Part shown: one piece after another, positions 8,484 to 18,269 of the stretch
Position numbering within the stretch: the stretch's first letter is position 1
Layout of the letters: every line of letters starts with the position of its first letter
Origin: Synergistaceae bacterium
GTDB taxonomy: Bacteria; Synergistota; Synergistia; Synergistales; Synergistaceae
Assembly: GCA_012727545.1 (NCBI GenBank)
Contig: JAAYHA010000169.1
Coordinates: forward strand, 1-42,278
Direction: 5' to 3'
DNA: 42,278 nucleotides
Program-made: the position numbers and the translations under genes
Notes under the pieces: generated by a model
Database searches by the model: none
What the model saw: only the letters and a program-made list of their open reading frames with translations
Told to the model about the DNA's origin: nothing

Positions 8484-10379
8484 TTACTCTTCCTCGTCTG
8501 ACTCTACGATGCCTGCTTTGGCTCTTGCTTTTTTTCGTTCATCTGCGTTGAGGATCATCTTGCGGATCCTCACGTTGAGGGGGGTAACTTCGACAAGCTC
8601 GTCATCGCTTATCCATTCAAGCGCTGTATCTATCGTCATTATCCTCGGCACATCAAGCACTGTCATCATATCTTTCGTAGCCGACCTGTGGTTGGTCTGC
8701 TGTTTTCTCTTACTGGGGTTACAGGGCAGGTCTTTGTTTCTCGAACTCTCGCCTATTACCTGTCCATTATAGACCGGCTCTCCGGGCTTAACGAAGAGCG
8801 TTCCCCGTTCCTGAAGATTATCAAGTGCATAGCTCGTAGTCGTCCCGCTGTCCATACTCACAAGGGAACCTCTGCTTCTTGATGCAATGTCTCCTACCCA
8901 TTCACCGTAACCGACGAATCTGGAAGCAAGGATCCCAAGGCCCCTTGTATCCGTGAGGAACTCCCCCCTGTATCCTATAAGCCCTCTTGTAGGTATACGG
9001 AATGAAAGTCTTAGCACTCCGGTACCGCCGTTCTCCATGTTTTTCAGCTCGCCTTTGCGCTGAGCCAGTTTCTGGATAACAACTCCCTGATATTCCTCCG
9101 GGACATCTACTATTACTTCCTCCATCGGCTCCAGTGTCTTACCTTTGGCGTCGTGCTGGACTATGACTTCGGGCCTAGATACACATATTTCTGACCCTTC
9201 CCTGCGCATCTCTTCGATCAATATCCCGAGATGAAGTTCGCCTCTGCCGGAAACCTTTACTCCGTCCGGACGGCCTATATCCTCCATTCGCAGGGCAGGA
9301 TCGGTCTTTGTCTCACGCTCTATCCTGGCCTTGAGCTGCCTGAGAGTTATGGCGTTTCCGTCCTGACTTGCAAAGGGGCTTGTGTTGACAAGAAAGAACA
9401 TCGACACCGTAGGCTCCTCGATATCAAGAGGATGGAGGACCTGCCCTGAGATTTCCGGGGCACTTATCGTATCACCCAGGTCTATGTTCTCAGGTCCTGT
9501 AAACCAAACTATGTCTCCCGCCCCCACAGCATCTGTTTCTGTCCTGATAAGACCGTTGGTCACATAAAGGTGGGTACAGGACGAATTCTCTGTAGATACT
9601 ATCTCCCATTCTGTCTGATCATAGTCTTTCCATCTGGTATGGGTCCTTACAATTTTATCGCCTTTACGAAGTGTTCCCTGCAGTATCCTTCCGCATCCGA
9701 TCCTTCCGAGATATTCGCTCCATGAAAGGGTGCATACCTGCATCAGGAAGGGTTTATCCATCTCAGCCCGGGGCGCCGGGACTTTTTCTATTATCGTCCT
9801 GAAAAGATCGTCCATTCCGGCCTTGGTGTTATCTTCCCTTTTGTCCAGATCGTCAACGAACCAGCTCTGAAGACCTGAGCCGTAGAGGACCGCAAAATCA
9901 CACTGTTCCTCTGTTGCCCCAAGTTCTATGAAAAGATCGAAAGTTTTGTCAAGGGCGCCGTTCGGGTCTGCATTCGGCCTGTCGACCTTGTTAACGATCA
10001 CGATGGGCTTCAGTCCAAGCCTGAGAGCTCTCATCAGAACATATCTCGTCTGAGGCATCGGGCCTTCGTTTGCATCAACAAGGAGCAGGACGGAATCTAC
10101 CATCGAGAGCACTCTTTCGACTTCTCCTGAAAAATCCGCATGTCCGGGAGTATCAACAATGTTTATTTTGTAGCCGCCCCATTCGACTGTGCAATGCTTG
10201 GCCTTTATGGTTATGCCACGCTCACGCTCAAGCGTTCCGGCATCCATGACACGCTCTTCGACGACCTGGTTGTCCCTGAAAAGTCTTGCTGATTTGAATA
10301 TCCCGTCGATGAGGGTCGTCTTACCGTGGTCGATATGGGCAATTATGGCTATATTCCTGATTTTTGATGAGTCCTGCAT
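8484..10379 (-). CDS. typA: Translational GTPase TypA/BipA
   Basis: [32 protein letters not shown] and DELVEVTP motifs. Start placed at MQDSSK (10379). Confidence 0.96.
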   Translation of the reverse strand: MQDSSKIRNIAIIAHIDHGKTTLIDGIFKSARLFRDNQVVEERVMDAGTLERERGITIKAKHCTVEWGGYKINIVDTPGHADFSGEVERVLSMVDSVLLLVDANEGPMPQTRYVLMRALRLGLKPIVIVNKVDRPNADPNGALDKTFDLFIELGATEEQCDFAVLYGSGLQSWFVDDLDKREDNTKAGMDDLFRTIIEKVPAPRAEMDKPFLMQVCTLSWSEYLGRIGCGRILQGTLRKGDKIVRTHTRWKDYDQTEWEIVSTENSSCTHLYVTNGLIRTETDAVGAGDIVWFTGPENIDLGDTISAPEISGQVLHPLDIEEPTVSMFFLVNTSPFASQDGNAITLRQLKARIERETKTDPALRMEDIGRPDGVKVSGRGELHLGILIEEMRREGSEICVSRPEVIVQHDAKGKTLEPMEEVIVDVPEEYQGVVIQKLAQRKGELKNMENGGTGVLRLSFRIPTRGLIGYRGEFLTDTRGLGILASRFVGYGEWVGDIASRSRGSLVSMDSGTTTSYALDNLQERGTLFVKPGEPVYNGQVIGESSRNKDLPCNPSKRKQQTNHRSATKDMMTVLDVPRIMTIDTALEWISDDELVEVTPLNVRIRKMILNADERKKARAKAGIVESDEEE

Positions 10380-10464
10380 TGTTTTTGTTCCCTTCATCTG
10401 CAGATTACCGCTAAACGGCACAGATATTTCAAAATTTAAATATTACAATATTTGACAAACGAGA

Positions 10465-10494
10465 ATTATATCACTTAATACCTGAGCAAGTCAA
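10465..10494 (-). promoter_or_regulatory. Putative sigma70 promoter of typA
   Basis: Minus strand TTGACT (10494-10489), 18 bp spacer, TATAAT (10470-10465) with an extended TGn. Confidence 0.55.
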
Positions 10495-10521
10495 AAAAAT
10501 ATAGCCGCCCATAAAGGCGGC
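10493..10521 (-). terminator. Putative terminator after the YheO-like regulator
   Basis: GCCGCC/GGCGGC stem (10504-10521) followed on the minus strand by a T-rich run. Confidence 0.55.
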
Positions 10522-10547
10522 CAAAACATAATATATAGTTATATTTA

Positions 10548-11201
10548 TCAGTCCCGGTCGTCCCTTACCGATCTCAGGTCTGCGTATAGGGTATACCTGC
10601 TTCTTCCCATCTCTTTGGCAAGGCTTTCGATCGAACCCTTAAGCTTGAAAAACCCCAGGCTGTCCATATATTTAATGCACTGTTTCCTCTCTTCGCTGCT
10701 CAGGAAATTCAGAGGTTTGCCGAACTTTTTTCTTGCCTTTTCCATTAGGGACCTGTCATCCTTTACCCCGCTGAATTTTTCGGTTTTTACCGCATCAAAT
10801 GAGAGGGGCTCAGTCCTCATCATAAAATCGCCCATATCTTTGAGTATGCTGCCCTTTGTCATGTCAAAGTTGATGCAGAGGAAGCCCACGAGCTTGTCAT
10901 TTTCATCTTTTATCAGTGAGACTCCCGAACGCATCGGCCTGCCGTTCCCTGCTTCCGACGGGTAATTGGCAATGTAGTCTACATCAAGGGCTTTTGGATC
11001 TGACATAAGGAACCTTCCAAAATCCGTCATAGGCGCGTTTACATCCCTGCCGGTCAGATTTCCGTTTACAAGGGCAACTATTGATGTGTCACCGTCAGTA
11101 ACATCATGCAGGACTATTTCATAGTCGCTTCCCAGCATTTTGCCGAGAAGCTCTACGACAGGTATGAATGGAAGAAGGATGGGATGGACTTTTTTTGACA
11201 T
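10548..11201 (-). CDS. YheO/DauR-like PAS + HTH transcriptional regulator
   Basis: EIVLHD, NG.LTGR..GAPMTD-like segment, G.LCINFD and C-terminal G.F.LKG....A..MG.SRYTLY. Confidence 0.9.
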   Translation of the reverse strand: MSKKVHPILLPFIPVVELLGKMLGSDYEIVLHDVTDGDTSIVALVNGNLTGRDVNAPMTDFGRFLMSDPKALDVDYIANYPSEAGNGRPMRSGVSLIKDENDKLVGFLCINFDMTKGSILKDMGDFMMRTEPLSFDAVKTEKFSGVKDDRSLMEKARKKFGKPLNFLSSEERKQCIKYMDSLGFFKLKGSIESLAKEMGRSRYTLYADLRSVRDDRD

Positions 11202-11215
11202 AGACTCGCCTCACG

Positions 11216-11255
11216 AAAAACTGACGGGAGAGCAGAATGGAACATCTCCCGTCAG
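11216..11255 (-). terminator. Intrinsic terminator between the cyclodeaminase and regulator genes
   Basis: Perfect 11-bp stem CTGACGGGAGA/TCTCCCGTCAG followed by TTTTT on the minus strand. Confidence 0.7.
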
Positions 11256-11267
11256 GAAAGTATTTTG

Positions 11268-12263
11268 TTATGAAAGTTCTATAACTGTACCTGCGCCTGC
11301 TTCAGTTGCCTTTTTAACTATCTCTGCCGCTGCCACGATATCAAGAGTTGCAAAACCCACAGTCTTCATGACCGTTATTTCCTCTTTGGTGCGGCGTCCC
11401 TCTACCTTGCCCATTATCAGTTCGCCAAGCTCTCCGGCGATCGAATCAGAGGAGAAGAGGCCCTCTTTCATGGGAATGATAAAATCTCCCGCTTCCGAAA
11501 GGACGGCTTCACGATTATCTACAAATATTCTGCCGGCACGGCGGATAAGCTCCGCAGGCAGCTCCCTCTTGTCGGCAGTGTATGAACCGACTCCGTTTAT
11601 GTGGCATCCGGGTTTGATGTCCTCGTTGGAGAAGACCGGATTTGCCGAAGTAGTGACTGTTGTAATGATGTCCGCATCAGTTACAGCTGCCTTTGAAGAA
11701 GCAGCCTCTACAAGTTTGACACCAAAACGGTCTGCAAGCGGCTGGTTCTTTTCAACGAAGGCCGCAGCACGTCCGGGAAGAGCATCGAAAATTCTGACCT
11801 CCTCAAGCTTCCTGGCCGTCATAAGTGCCTCCAGCTGTGCAGGACCCTGGCCGCCTGTTCCAAAAAGTGCCGCGACCCTGCTGTCAGGATTTGAAAGAAG
11901 CTCTGTTGCAGCTCCCGAAATTGCAGCTGTCCTGATCTGAGTGAGTGTTGTGCCTTCTATTATTGCAGTTACAAGTCCTGTTGTACCGTCAATAAGTGCC
12001 ACCGTAGCCGGAACGACAGGGATACCCTTTTCAGCGTTTGCGGGGAAATATGAGACCAGTTTGACACCGGCCATGTTGAGCTCTCCCCCTACGTAGGCGG
12101 GCATAAACATACACTGTCCGTCTTTTGATTCTGTATCCAGGTTTATGCGAAGAGGAACTTTCGCCTTGCCTTTAGTGTGGAGGACAAATGCCTTTTTGTC
12201 CGCCTCTATGGCATCTCTCATACTAAACACAGATAAAATATCTTCTCTGGTTAAAAGTAACAT
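11268..12263 (-). CDS. Ornithine cyclodeaminase / mu-crystallin family protein
   Basis: FMPAY, GVKLVS, TQIRTAA, FGTGGQG Rossmann motif, HINGVGS and KTVGFATLDI. Confidence 0.92.
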   Translation of the reverse strand: MLLLTREDILSVFSMRDAIEADKKAFVLHTKGKAKVPLRINLDTESKDGQCMFMPAYVGGELNMAGVKLVSYFPANAEKGIPVVPATVALIDGTTGLVTAIIEGTTLTQIRTAAISGAATELLSNPDSRVAALFGTGGQGPAQLEALMTARKLEEVRIFDALPGRAAAFVEKNQPLADRFGVKLVEAASSKAAVTDADIITTVTTSANPVFSNEDIKPGCHINGVGSYTADKRELPAELIRRAGRIFVDNREAVLSEAGDFIIPMKEGLFSSDSIAGELGELIMGKVEGRRTKEEITVMKTVGFATLDIVAAAEIVKKATEAGAGTVIELS

Positions 12264-12373
12264 ATGTGGCGCTCCTTTCTTGCCTGACTTGTCGGCTTAG
12301 GTCTTTTCAGTTTCTTTGGATATTATACTTCAATGAAAAGACTATTAGTTTTGCTTTCTCTGACGATCTTATC

Positions 12374-13237
12374 TTATTTTTTTGTGAACGCTGCACGCAG
12401 AAGGTCAAGACCTGCAATAAGGATGACCGCTGCAACTACCCACTGTAGCATGCTGGTGTCAAGGCTCTTGACGATGAATACCGCTGCAAGGACTCCGAGG
12501 ATGCCAAAGATGCTGCTAAAGAGGGTTATCTTTCTGGCATACTGGCCGAGACGTACGAATTCCATGCCGCCGACCGGAACGGAGAATGTGCATGCACCCA
12601 TCATAACAGGGAACGCGATCGCAGGGTTTAGTCCAAGTGCGTAAACTGTCGCCATCGTAGGCGCGTAAGAACCCACTCCTACGTTGTTAAGGGCACCGTA
12701 GACCAACAGAAGCACCATGCCGAGGACAAGTTTTCCGCCGGTAAGGCCTGTCGCCTCACCGCCCGAGGGAAGCAGCCCAAACTTGCCTGCAACGACGAAG
12801 AATGCCGCAAGAACAAGCCCTACTCCCATGAACATCCTTATGTGCCTTACAGGCATCTTGACGACAAAACGGGGGCCAAAGTAGGCGCCTATCATCTGTG
12901 AAACTATCAGAAGAACAAGGGTCATCTGATCGACATCTATGGATGATATGTAGGCAAGGGCCATGACCGCTACCGGTATCGCGCACTGTGTGTTGAGCGT
13001 TCCGGGAAGTTTTGCGTCATCCACTAGTTTCCTTGCGCGGTAGAGGACTGTTGAAAGCGCAAAATCGGAAATTCCGAAAGTTGAAAAGAAGAAGCAGACA
13101 GCTCCCCAGACCGCGAGGAGTACATTGTTTCCGGGTTCTGCCCATGCTTCCTTTTTGTGCTTCATGAAATCTGTAAAGAATCGGAACGCAAACAGACCAT
13201 TTACCAGAACTATCAAGAGCAACAGTATTTTTACCAT
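12374..13237 (-). CDS. TSUP (TauE/SafE-like) family membrane transporter
   Basis: About 9 hydrophobic segments with duplicated GIS/GVGSYAP motifs and LPGTLN. Start placed at MVKILL behind TGGAGG. Confidence 0.8.
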   Translation of the reverse strand: MVKILLLLIVLVNGLFAFRFFTDFMKHKKEAWAEPGNNVLLAVWGAVCFFFSTFGISDFALSTVLYRARKLVDDAKLPGTLNTQCAIPVAVMALAYISSIDVDQMTLVLLIVSQMIGAYFGPRFVVKMPVRHIRMFMGVGLVLAAFFVVAGKFGLLPSGGEATGLTGGKLVLGMVLLLVYGALNNVGVGSYAPTMATVYALGLNPAIAFPVMMGACTFSVPVGGMEFVRLGQYARKITLFSSIFGILGVLAAVFIVKSLDTSMLQWVVAAVILIAGLDLLRAAFTKK

Positions 13238-13280
13238 ACTTACCAGCCTCCAGTTAAATGTGATTAAATTCACTTTGAAA

Positions 13281-13310
13281 ATAATAGCATTCTCTACACT
13301 TTTTTGTCAA
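13281..13310 (-). promoter_or_regulatory. Putative sigma70 promoter of the TSUP gene
   Basis: Minus strand TTGACA (13310-13305), 18 bp spacer, TG-c-TATTAT. Confidence 0.55.
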
Positions 13311-13345
13311 CTATACAATTTATTATATTTAATGGCGGATAATAA

Positions 13346-13380
13346 AAAATCACCGCATAAATAATGTCAGCGGTGATTTT
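13346..13380 (-). terminator. Intrinsic terminator after the 2-hydroxyacid dehydrogenase gene
   Basis: AAAATCACCGC/GCGGTGATTTT inverted repeat with T tail. Confidence 0.7.
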
Positions 13381-13405
13381 CCTGTCCGTGTGAAATGTCT
13401 TTGGT

Positions 13406-14398
13406 TCAAATTCGTTTCAACACTTCGGGATTTACCAAATTTGGCGGGATCCTTCCCTCAAGAGCTTCAATAAGGTTCACAGCTGCCAGCCGCGCCATCC
13501 CCTCCCTGGATCTTACCGCAGCGCTCCCAATATGGGGCATCATCACAACGTTTTCAAGCTTGAGCAGCGGTTCATCCATGGGAACAGGCTCTTTCTCATA
13601 TACATCAAGTCCCGCTCCGCAGATCCAACCCTCCGAGCATGCACGGAAGAGAGCTTTCTGGTCGACGACAGCGCCCCTGGCAGTGTTTATGAGCACCGCA
13701 TCCTTTTTCATCATACGAAGCTCTCTTTCTGCTATGAGCCCTGCCGTCTCTTTTGTCAGGGCGCAGTTGAGAGATACAAAGTCACTTCTTTCAAGAAGCG
13801 CTTCCAGAGTTACATATTCTGCACAGAGCTTTTCTTCATATTCTGCTTTTCGTGTCCTGCCCGTGTACAAGATCTTCATTCCAAAAGCCAGCGCTCTTTT
13901 TGCCACAGCCCGGCCTATTTCGCCGAATCCCACTATCCCAAGAACGGAACTTGAAAGGTCTTTGCCGACAAACTGGTTTGGAGACCAGTGAGTCCAGCCG
14001 CCTTCCCTCATTATCCTTTCGTTTTCCCTCGCCTTACGGGCTGACATAAGCATCAGCATCATCGCTGTGTCAGCTGTTGCATCCGTAAGCACCCCGGGCG
14101 TATTGGTCACCATTATTCCGAATTCGGTCGCTGCCTTTATGTCAACGTTGTCATATCCTACAGAATACAGGCTTGCGACTTTCAGCTTCGCTGCCTTTTG
14201 AAAAAAATCCCTGTCCATACGAATACCCATCGTCATTATCAGGCCTTCTGCCAGCGGGATATCCCTTAATACGGCCTCGGGATCCGGCTTACCGTCGATA
14301 CTCCAGAGAGTATAGTCGACATGTCCCTCCAACAGTGACATCCCGGTATCCTGTATCAGCTGGGTCAAAAATACTTTAGGTTTTGACATCAACATCAT
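13406..14398 (-). CDS. D-2-hydroxyacid dehydrogenase (glyoxylate reductase / D-glycerate dehydrogenase type)
   Basis: VGYDNVD, NTPGVLTDATAD, GIVGFGEIG, INTARG, LDVYEKEP and PHIGSA. Confidence 0.92.
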   Translation of the reverse strand: MMLMSKPKVFLTQLIQDTGMSLLEGHVDYTLWSIDGKPDPEAVLRDIPLAEGLIMTMGIRMDRDFFQKAAKLKVASLYSVGYDNVDIKAATEFGIMVTNTPGVLTDATADTAMMLMLMSARKARENERIMREGGWTHWSPNQFVGKDLSSSVLGIVGFGEIGRAVAKRALAFGMKILYTGRTRKAEYEEKLCAEYVTLEALLERSDFVSLNCALTKETAGLIAERELRMMKKDAVLINTARGAVVDQKALFRACSEGWICGAGLDVYEKEPVPMDEPLLKLENVVMMPHIGSAAVRSREGMARLAAVNLIEALEGRIPPNLVNPEVLKRI

Positions 14399-15315
14399 CT
14401 CCTCAGCAAACTTATTGAAGCTGCTCCGTATAGTCCGGCATCAGCTCCGAGCGACGAGACCTCAATGCTGAGATGATCCCTCATAGGCAACGGAAGCCAT
14501 GGCAGTGTCCTCGCTTCCAGTTCCTCTGCGATCCCCTCTGCTTTGCTCATGCCCCCGCTCAGTATTATCTTTTCGGGATCCAGCACCACGATAAGCGAGG
14601 CTATGCCTCTTGCCATCGTTTCAAGCGCACTTGAGATCAGGACTTCCGCTCTTTTGTCATCCCGGATCTGCCAAAGGGACCTGAAGTCACCCGGCAGGCC
14701 CTCCCGGGCCGCTTTACGCTCAATGTGATCTGCAGATGCCAGCGTTTCAAGGTGTCCTGTACTGCCGCATCCGCATCTCAGGTCCCTGTGCTCCGATATC
14801 GAAATGTGCCCTGCCTCCCCGGCCATTCCATGAGCCCCTGTCACCAGGCTGCCGTTCACGAATATACCTGAGCCTATACCTGTTCCGAGCGTCAGTACTA
14901 TAAAGTCCTTACAACCCACCGCTGCACCGCAAAATGCCTCTCCGACAGCAAAACAGTTGGCGTCGTTTTCCATTGCGAGCAACGGCGACATGCCTCTCTT
15001 TTCAAGAGCGTGACCTAGGTGATCCAGGAAAGCAATATCCTCAAGTCCGGAGAAATTGGTAAGTTTTGTAATGACCCTGCGTGAAACATCCAGAAATCCC
15101 GGTATGCCGACACCTGCATATGCTATCTTCCTGCCATGCGAGACCTCTGCTGTCATATCAGCTATGCAGTCCACGACCTCCTGAATGTCCCTTCCCTCAG
15201 GGGTATCCCTGTCGACCCTGTAAAGGATACGGGCATCTTTACCCTCTGTCTCGACAAGGGCCGCGGATATGGTATGTCCTCCGAGATCAACACCTACAGA
15301 GAGCAACTTCGTCAA
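14395..15315 (-). CDS. ROK family sugar kinase (glucokinase-like)
   Basis: GVDLGG, ENDAN, TLGTGIG, GEAGH and CGCG..GHLE; no HTH. Start placed at TTG overlapping the upstream stop (TTGA). Confidence 0.88.
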   Translation of the reverse strand: MTKLLSVGVDLGGHTISAALVETEGKDARILYRVDRDTPEGRDIQEVVDCIADMTAEVSHGRKIAYAGVGIPGFLDVSRRVITKLTNFSGLEDIAFLDHLGHALEKRGMSPLLAMENDANCFAVGEAFCGAAVGCKDFIVLTLGTGIGSGIFVNGSLVTGAHGMAGEAGHISISEHRDLRCGCGSTGHLETLASADHIERKAAREGLPGDFRSLWQIRDDKRAEVLISSALETMARGIASLIVVLDPEKIILSGGMSKAEGIAEELEARTLPWLPLPMRDHLSIEVSSLGADAGLYGAASISLLRR

Positions 15316-16142
15316 TGCCCCGCGTGCGATGCGCAGTCGATCGAGGAAGAGCACCAGCGCCTTATCTCGAAGATATCCTCTGTTGTAAATACCATGGTCC
15401 TTCCTGAAATTCTCTCGCTTCCGGGAACAAGTCCCGCAGCATCTGCATGCGCTGTTGTATGGAAAGTAAGCTCCGCTTTGTAGGGGGCTTCCATCTTCAG
15501 AACAGGGCTTTTACCTTCTGCCGCTGCGTCCAGAGCTTTTTTTACGGCTTCCTTCAACAGGTCTGCGGTCTCATCCGGAGTTTTTGTCAGTGCTGAATTC
15601 CTGCCAAGCCCATCCTTTAATGCACATGTCAGAAGCGTCTCTCCAAGCAGGCTCGATGCTTCAAGGCATACAGCAGTATCCCCTGCCACCATGGAGACAG
15701 GGACATCCAGAGCCCCGCAGAAAAGCGCGTTAAGCCCCGTTTCCCCAAGTCTTATGCCGTTTACTTTGAGTCCGTATACGACTTTGGAGCTATATGTATG
15801 GTCAAGTACGGCTTTTTCTGTGCCCGCCATCGCGTGATAGCCAATGAAGATGGCAGCATCGTGACCGGAGACTCCCTCTACCATTCCGAGTATCTTCGGT
15901 GTCCCGCTTATAAGTGTGACCCGGGGGGGAAACATCGATACGTCAAGGTTTGTCATCCGGTCATGGGAGTCGTTAACTGTAACGGACTCGGCTCCCCAGT
16001 CCAGGGCCGCGCTGACGGCAGCCATGGTGTCATGGAGCTGCATCCTCCGTCCGAATTCGTACCCCGGATCTCCGTACGTCACCTGTTCTGCCGAGACTAC
16101 CCCGGTCGAGCCTTCCATATCTGAGCTTATATATACCTTCAA
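15312..16142 (-). CDS. M55 family D-aminopeptidase (Bacillus DppA-like)
   Basis: KVYISSDMEG, NDSH, IGYHA, HTYS and GE.GLN. TTG start at 16142 behind GGAAGGAG. Confidence 0.92.
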   Translation of the reverse strand: MKVYISSDMEGSTGVVSAEQVTYGDPGYEFGRRMQLHDTMAAVSAALDWGAESVTVNDSHDRMTNLDVSMFPPRVTLISGTPKILGMVEGVSGHDAAIFIGYHAMAGTEKAVLDHTYSSKVVYGLKVNGIRLGETGLNALFCGALDVPVSMVAGDTAVCLEASSLLGETLLTCALKDGLGRNSALTKTPDETADLLKEAVKKALDAAAEGKSPVLKMEAPYKAELTFHTTAHADAAGLVPGSERISGRTMVFTTEDIFEIRRWCSSSIDCASHAGH

Positions 16143-16143
16143 A

Positions 16144-17163
16144 TCAATATGACTCCTTCCATCGCGCAACAAAACCGGGATCGCGCAGCATGAGCCTTCC
16201 AACGCCGACAAGGTCGCAAACGCCCTCCAGGAGCATTTTATCCGCGGTACGCACATCGTTTATCCCGCCTGTGCACTCGACCAGTACAGAAGAGCCCAGC
16301 GAGCTTTTGATCCTTTCCGCATAGGGTGCAAAGTAGGCGCTGTCTTTACGGTCAAGTCCGTATCCGCAAAGGTTCCCTGAAATGCCTATCATGTCCACGC
16401 CAAGGTTTGCAAGTTCACGGGCAACAGCGACCGTTTCGTCTGTTGAAAGCCCCAATGGTTTTTCCCCGGGGAGAAAATCTGCGGCTCCCAGGCGCACTGA
16501 GAGCGGAATATCCTTAAGGGACTGCCTGACTCCGTCAGTTATCTCATATAGAAGCCGGGCCCTTTTAGCGTCTGATCCCCCGTACTCATCGTCACGCCTG
16601 TTCGTCAGGGGGCTCAGAAACTGTCCCAGCAGATAACCGTGGCTGGCATGTATCTGAACTCCGTCATAACCAGCTGTTTTGACCATGCGTACAGCAGCGT
16701 TTATAAAATCATCCACTGTACGCCTGATATCACTGCGTGTCATAACTTCAGGGCTGCGGCCAAGTTTGTCCCAGTTATCACCTACAGGAACTCCCGAAGG
16801 GGAAAAAGACCTGTATCCCTCCATTTCGAAAACTGCAGGGTCTGCTATTTTTGCCCCGGCATGGTTGATCTGTGCCATGCAAAGGGCATTGCCGCTTTTC
16901 AGGACCCTTGATATCACTGAGTGTTTTTTCGCAACTTCGTCACTATCCGCAAGGAACTGCGCGGGCCTCGTCCTACCGTATATATTTACCGCATGGTGCT
17001 CCACTATTATGAGCCCCGCACCTGATGCGGCAAAACGACCATATATTTCTAGAGATTTTTCGGAAGGAGATCCATCCTCCATAGAACTTGAAGATGCCAG
17101 AGGTGCCGACACGATCCTGTTCGCAAGAAGTTTGTTTTTAAACTCGACAGGTTCAAAGATCAT
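16144..17163 (-). CDS. NADH:flavin oxidoreductase (Old Yellow Enzyme family)
   Basis: NRIV.AP, QINHAG, GYDGVQIHASHGYLLGQFLSP.TNRRDDEYGGS and GR..L.DP. Start placed at MIFEP. Confidence 0.92.
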   Translation of the reverse strand: MIFEPVEFKNKLLANRIVSAPLASSSSMEDGSPSEKSLEIYGRFAASGAGLIIVEHHAVNIYGRTRPAQFLADSDEVAKKHSVISRVLKSGNALCMAQINHAGAKIADPAVFEMEGYRSFSPSGVPVGDNWDKLGRSPEVMTRSDIRRTVDDFINAAVRMVKTAGYDGVQIHASHGYLLGQFLSPLTNRRDDEYGGSDAKRARLLYEITDGVRQSLKDIPLSVRLGAADFLPGEKPLGLSTDETVAVARELANLGVDMIGISGNLCGYGLDRKDSAYFAPYAERIKSSLGSSVLVECTGGINDVRTADKMLLEGVCDLVGVGRLMLRDPGFVARWKESY

Positions 17164-17174
17164 TTTCCTTCCCC

Positions 17175-18269
17175 CTATACGTTGAATCTGATTTCGATGA
17201 TATCTCCGTCTTTGACGAGATACTCCTTGCCTTCCAGCCTCAGGCACCCGGCCTTTCTGCATTCATCAAAGGAGCTGCCATGCTGTTTGTAGTCATCAAA
17301 AGCAACGACCTGGGCCCTTATAAAGCCTCTTGCCAGATCTGAATGTATCGCTCCCGCGGCATCTACGGCATTGTCTCCGTCATGCAGAGTCCACGCCCGG
17401 ACTTCATCAGGACCGCAGGTGAAAAAACTTATCAGTCCAAGCAGTCTGTAAGCCTCCTCAATAAGCCTTTCCCTTCCGGGTTCGGTTATGTTCAGGCCTT
17501 CTGTGAAAGCAGCAGCCTCTTCTTCCTCAAGCTCTGCAATATCCATTTCAAGGCTTCCATAAAGAGTGCAGAGCTTTACTCCCTGTTCATCAGCCCTCTT
17601 TTTCAGTTCATTCCATTTGGGGATCTTTGTCTCATCTGACTGGGAATCATCAAGGTTGAGAAGTATTATCTCCGGCTTTGAAGTAACAAATGAAAATCCT
17701 CTGAGAAGGCGCCACTCGGCCGGCTTCAGCTCAATGCTCCGCAGCGGCCTCTCTTCGAGAAGGCATTCAAAGCAAAGGTCCAGCAGCCTCTTCTCAGTTT
17801 CTTCTTCGGGAGTGAGCTTCTTTTTGGCTTTCAGCTTTCCAAGCCGGTTTTCGATAACGGCCAGGTCCCTGAATATCATCTCATTTTCTATAATGTCCCA
17901 GTCACGCAGCGGATCAACGCTGCCTTCAGGGTGTTCGACAGATTTGTTGCTGAAACACCTGACGACCTGAATGAGTGCGTCTGCGTCTGCAACAAAAGAG
18001 AGGAAGGAGTTGCCAAGTCCCTCTCCCTTCCCCGCCCCGCGAGAGAGGCCGGCAAGATCTACGAACTCTACCTGAGCCGGAGTCACTTTTTTGGGCTTGT
18101 GCACATCTACCAGAAAATCAAATCTTTTATCGGGAACTTCTACGACAGCCTTGTTTGGGTCTGTCTTTCCGCCTGCGTAAGGCTTTACCTCAGCGCCGGC
18201 CCTCGTTATCACGTTGAATACTGTAGATTTGCCGCTCAGGGGCAGCCCCACTATTCCGCAATGCAGCAT
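17175..18269 (-). CDS. ychF: Redox-regulated ATPase YchF (Obg family)
   Basis: GIVGLP.SGKST.FN, VDLAGL..GA.KGEGLGN.FL, IHSDL.RGFIRA and RLEGKEY.VKDGD. Confidence 0.95.
   Translation of the reverse strand: MLHCGIVGLPLSGKSTVFNVITRAGAEVKPYAGGKTDPNKAVVEVPDKRFDFLVDVHKPKKVTPAQVEFVDLAGLSRGAGKGEGLGNSFLSFVADADALIQVVRCFSNKSVEHPEGSVDPLRDWDIIENEMIFRDLAVIENRLGKLKAKKKLTPEEETEKRLLDLCFECLLEERPLRSIELKPAEWRLLRGFSFVTSKPEIILLNLDDSQSDETKIPKWNELKKRADEQGVKLCTLYGSLEMDIAELEEEEAAAFTEGLNITEPGRERLIEEAYRLLGLISFFTCGPDEVRAWTLHDGDNAVDAAGAIHSDLARGFIRAQVVAFDDYKQHGSSFDECRKAGCLRLEGKEYLVKDGDIIEIRFNV

Noticed and set aside
11140-11940. 266-aa plus-strand ORF and many similar antisense ORFs (e.g. 143-622, 13395-13991, 27024-27644, 37815-38405)
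   Set aside because: They are shadows of well-supported genes on the opposite strand, Ser/Pro-rich, with no recognisable motifs.
16143-16256. Long N-terminal extensions given by the ORF track (M55 peptidase; likewise OYE, ROK, typA, porA)
   Set aside because: For most, the extension overlaps the upstream gene. Downstream starts with SD sequences or stop/start overlaps fit the family N-termini better.
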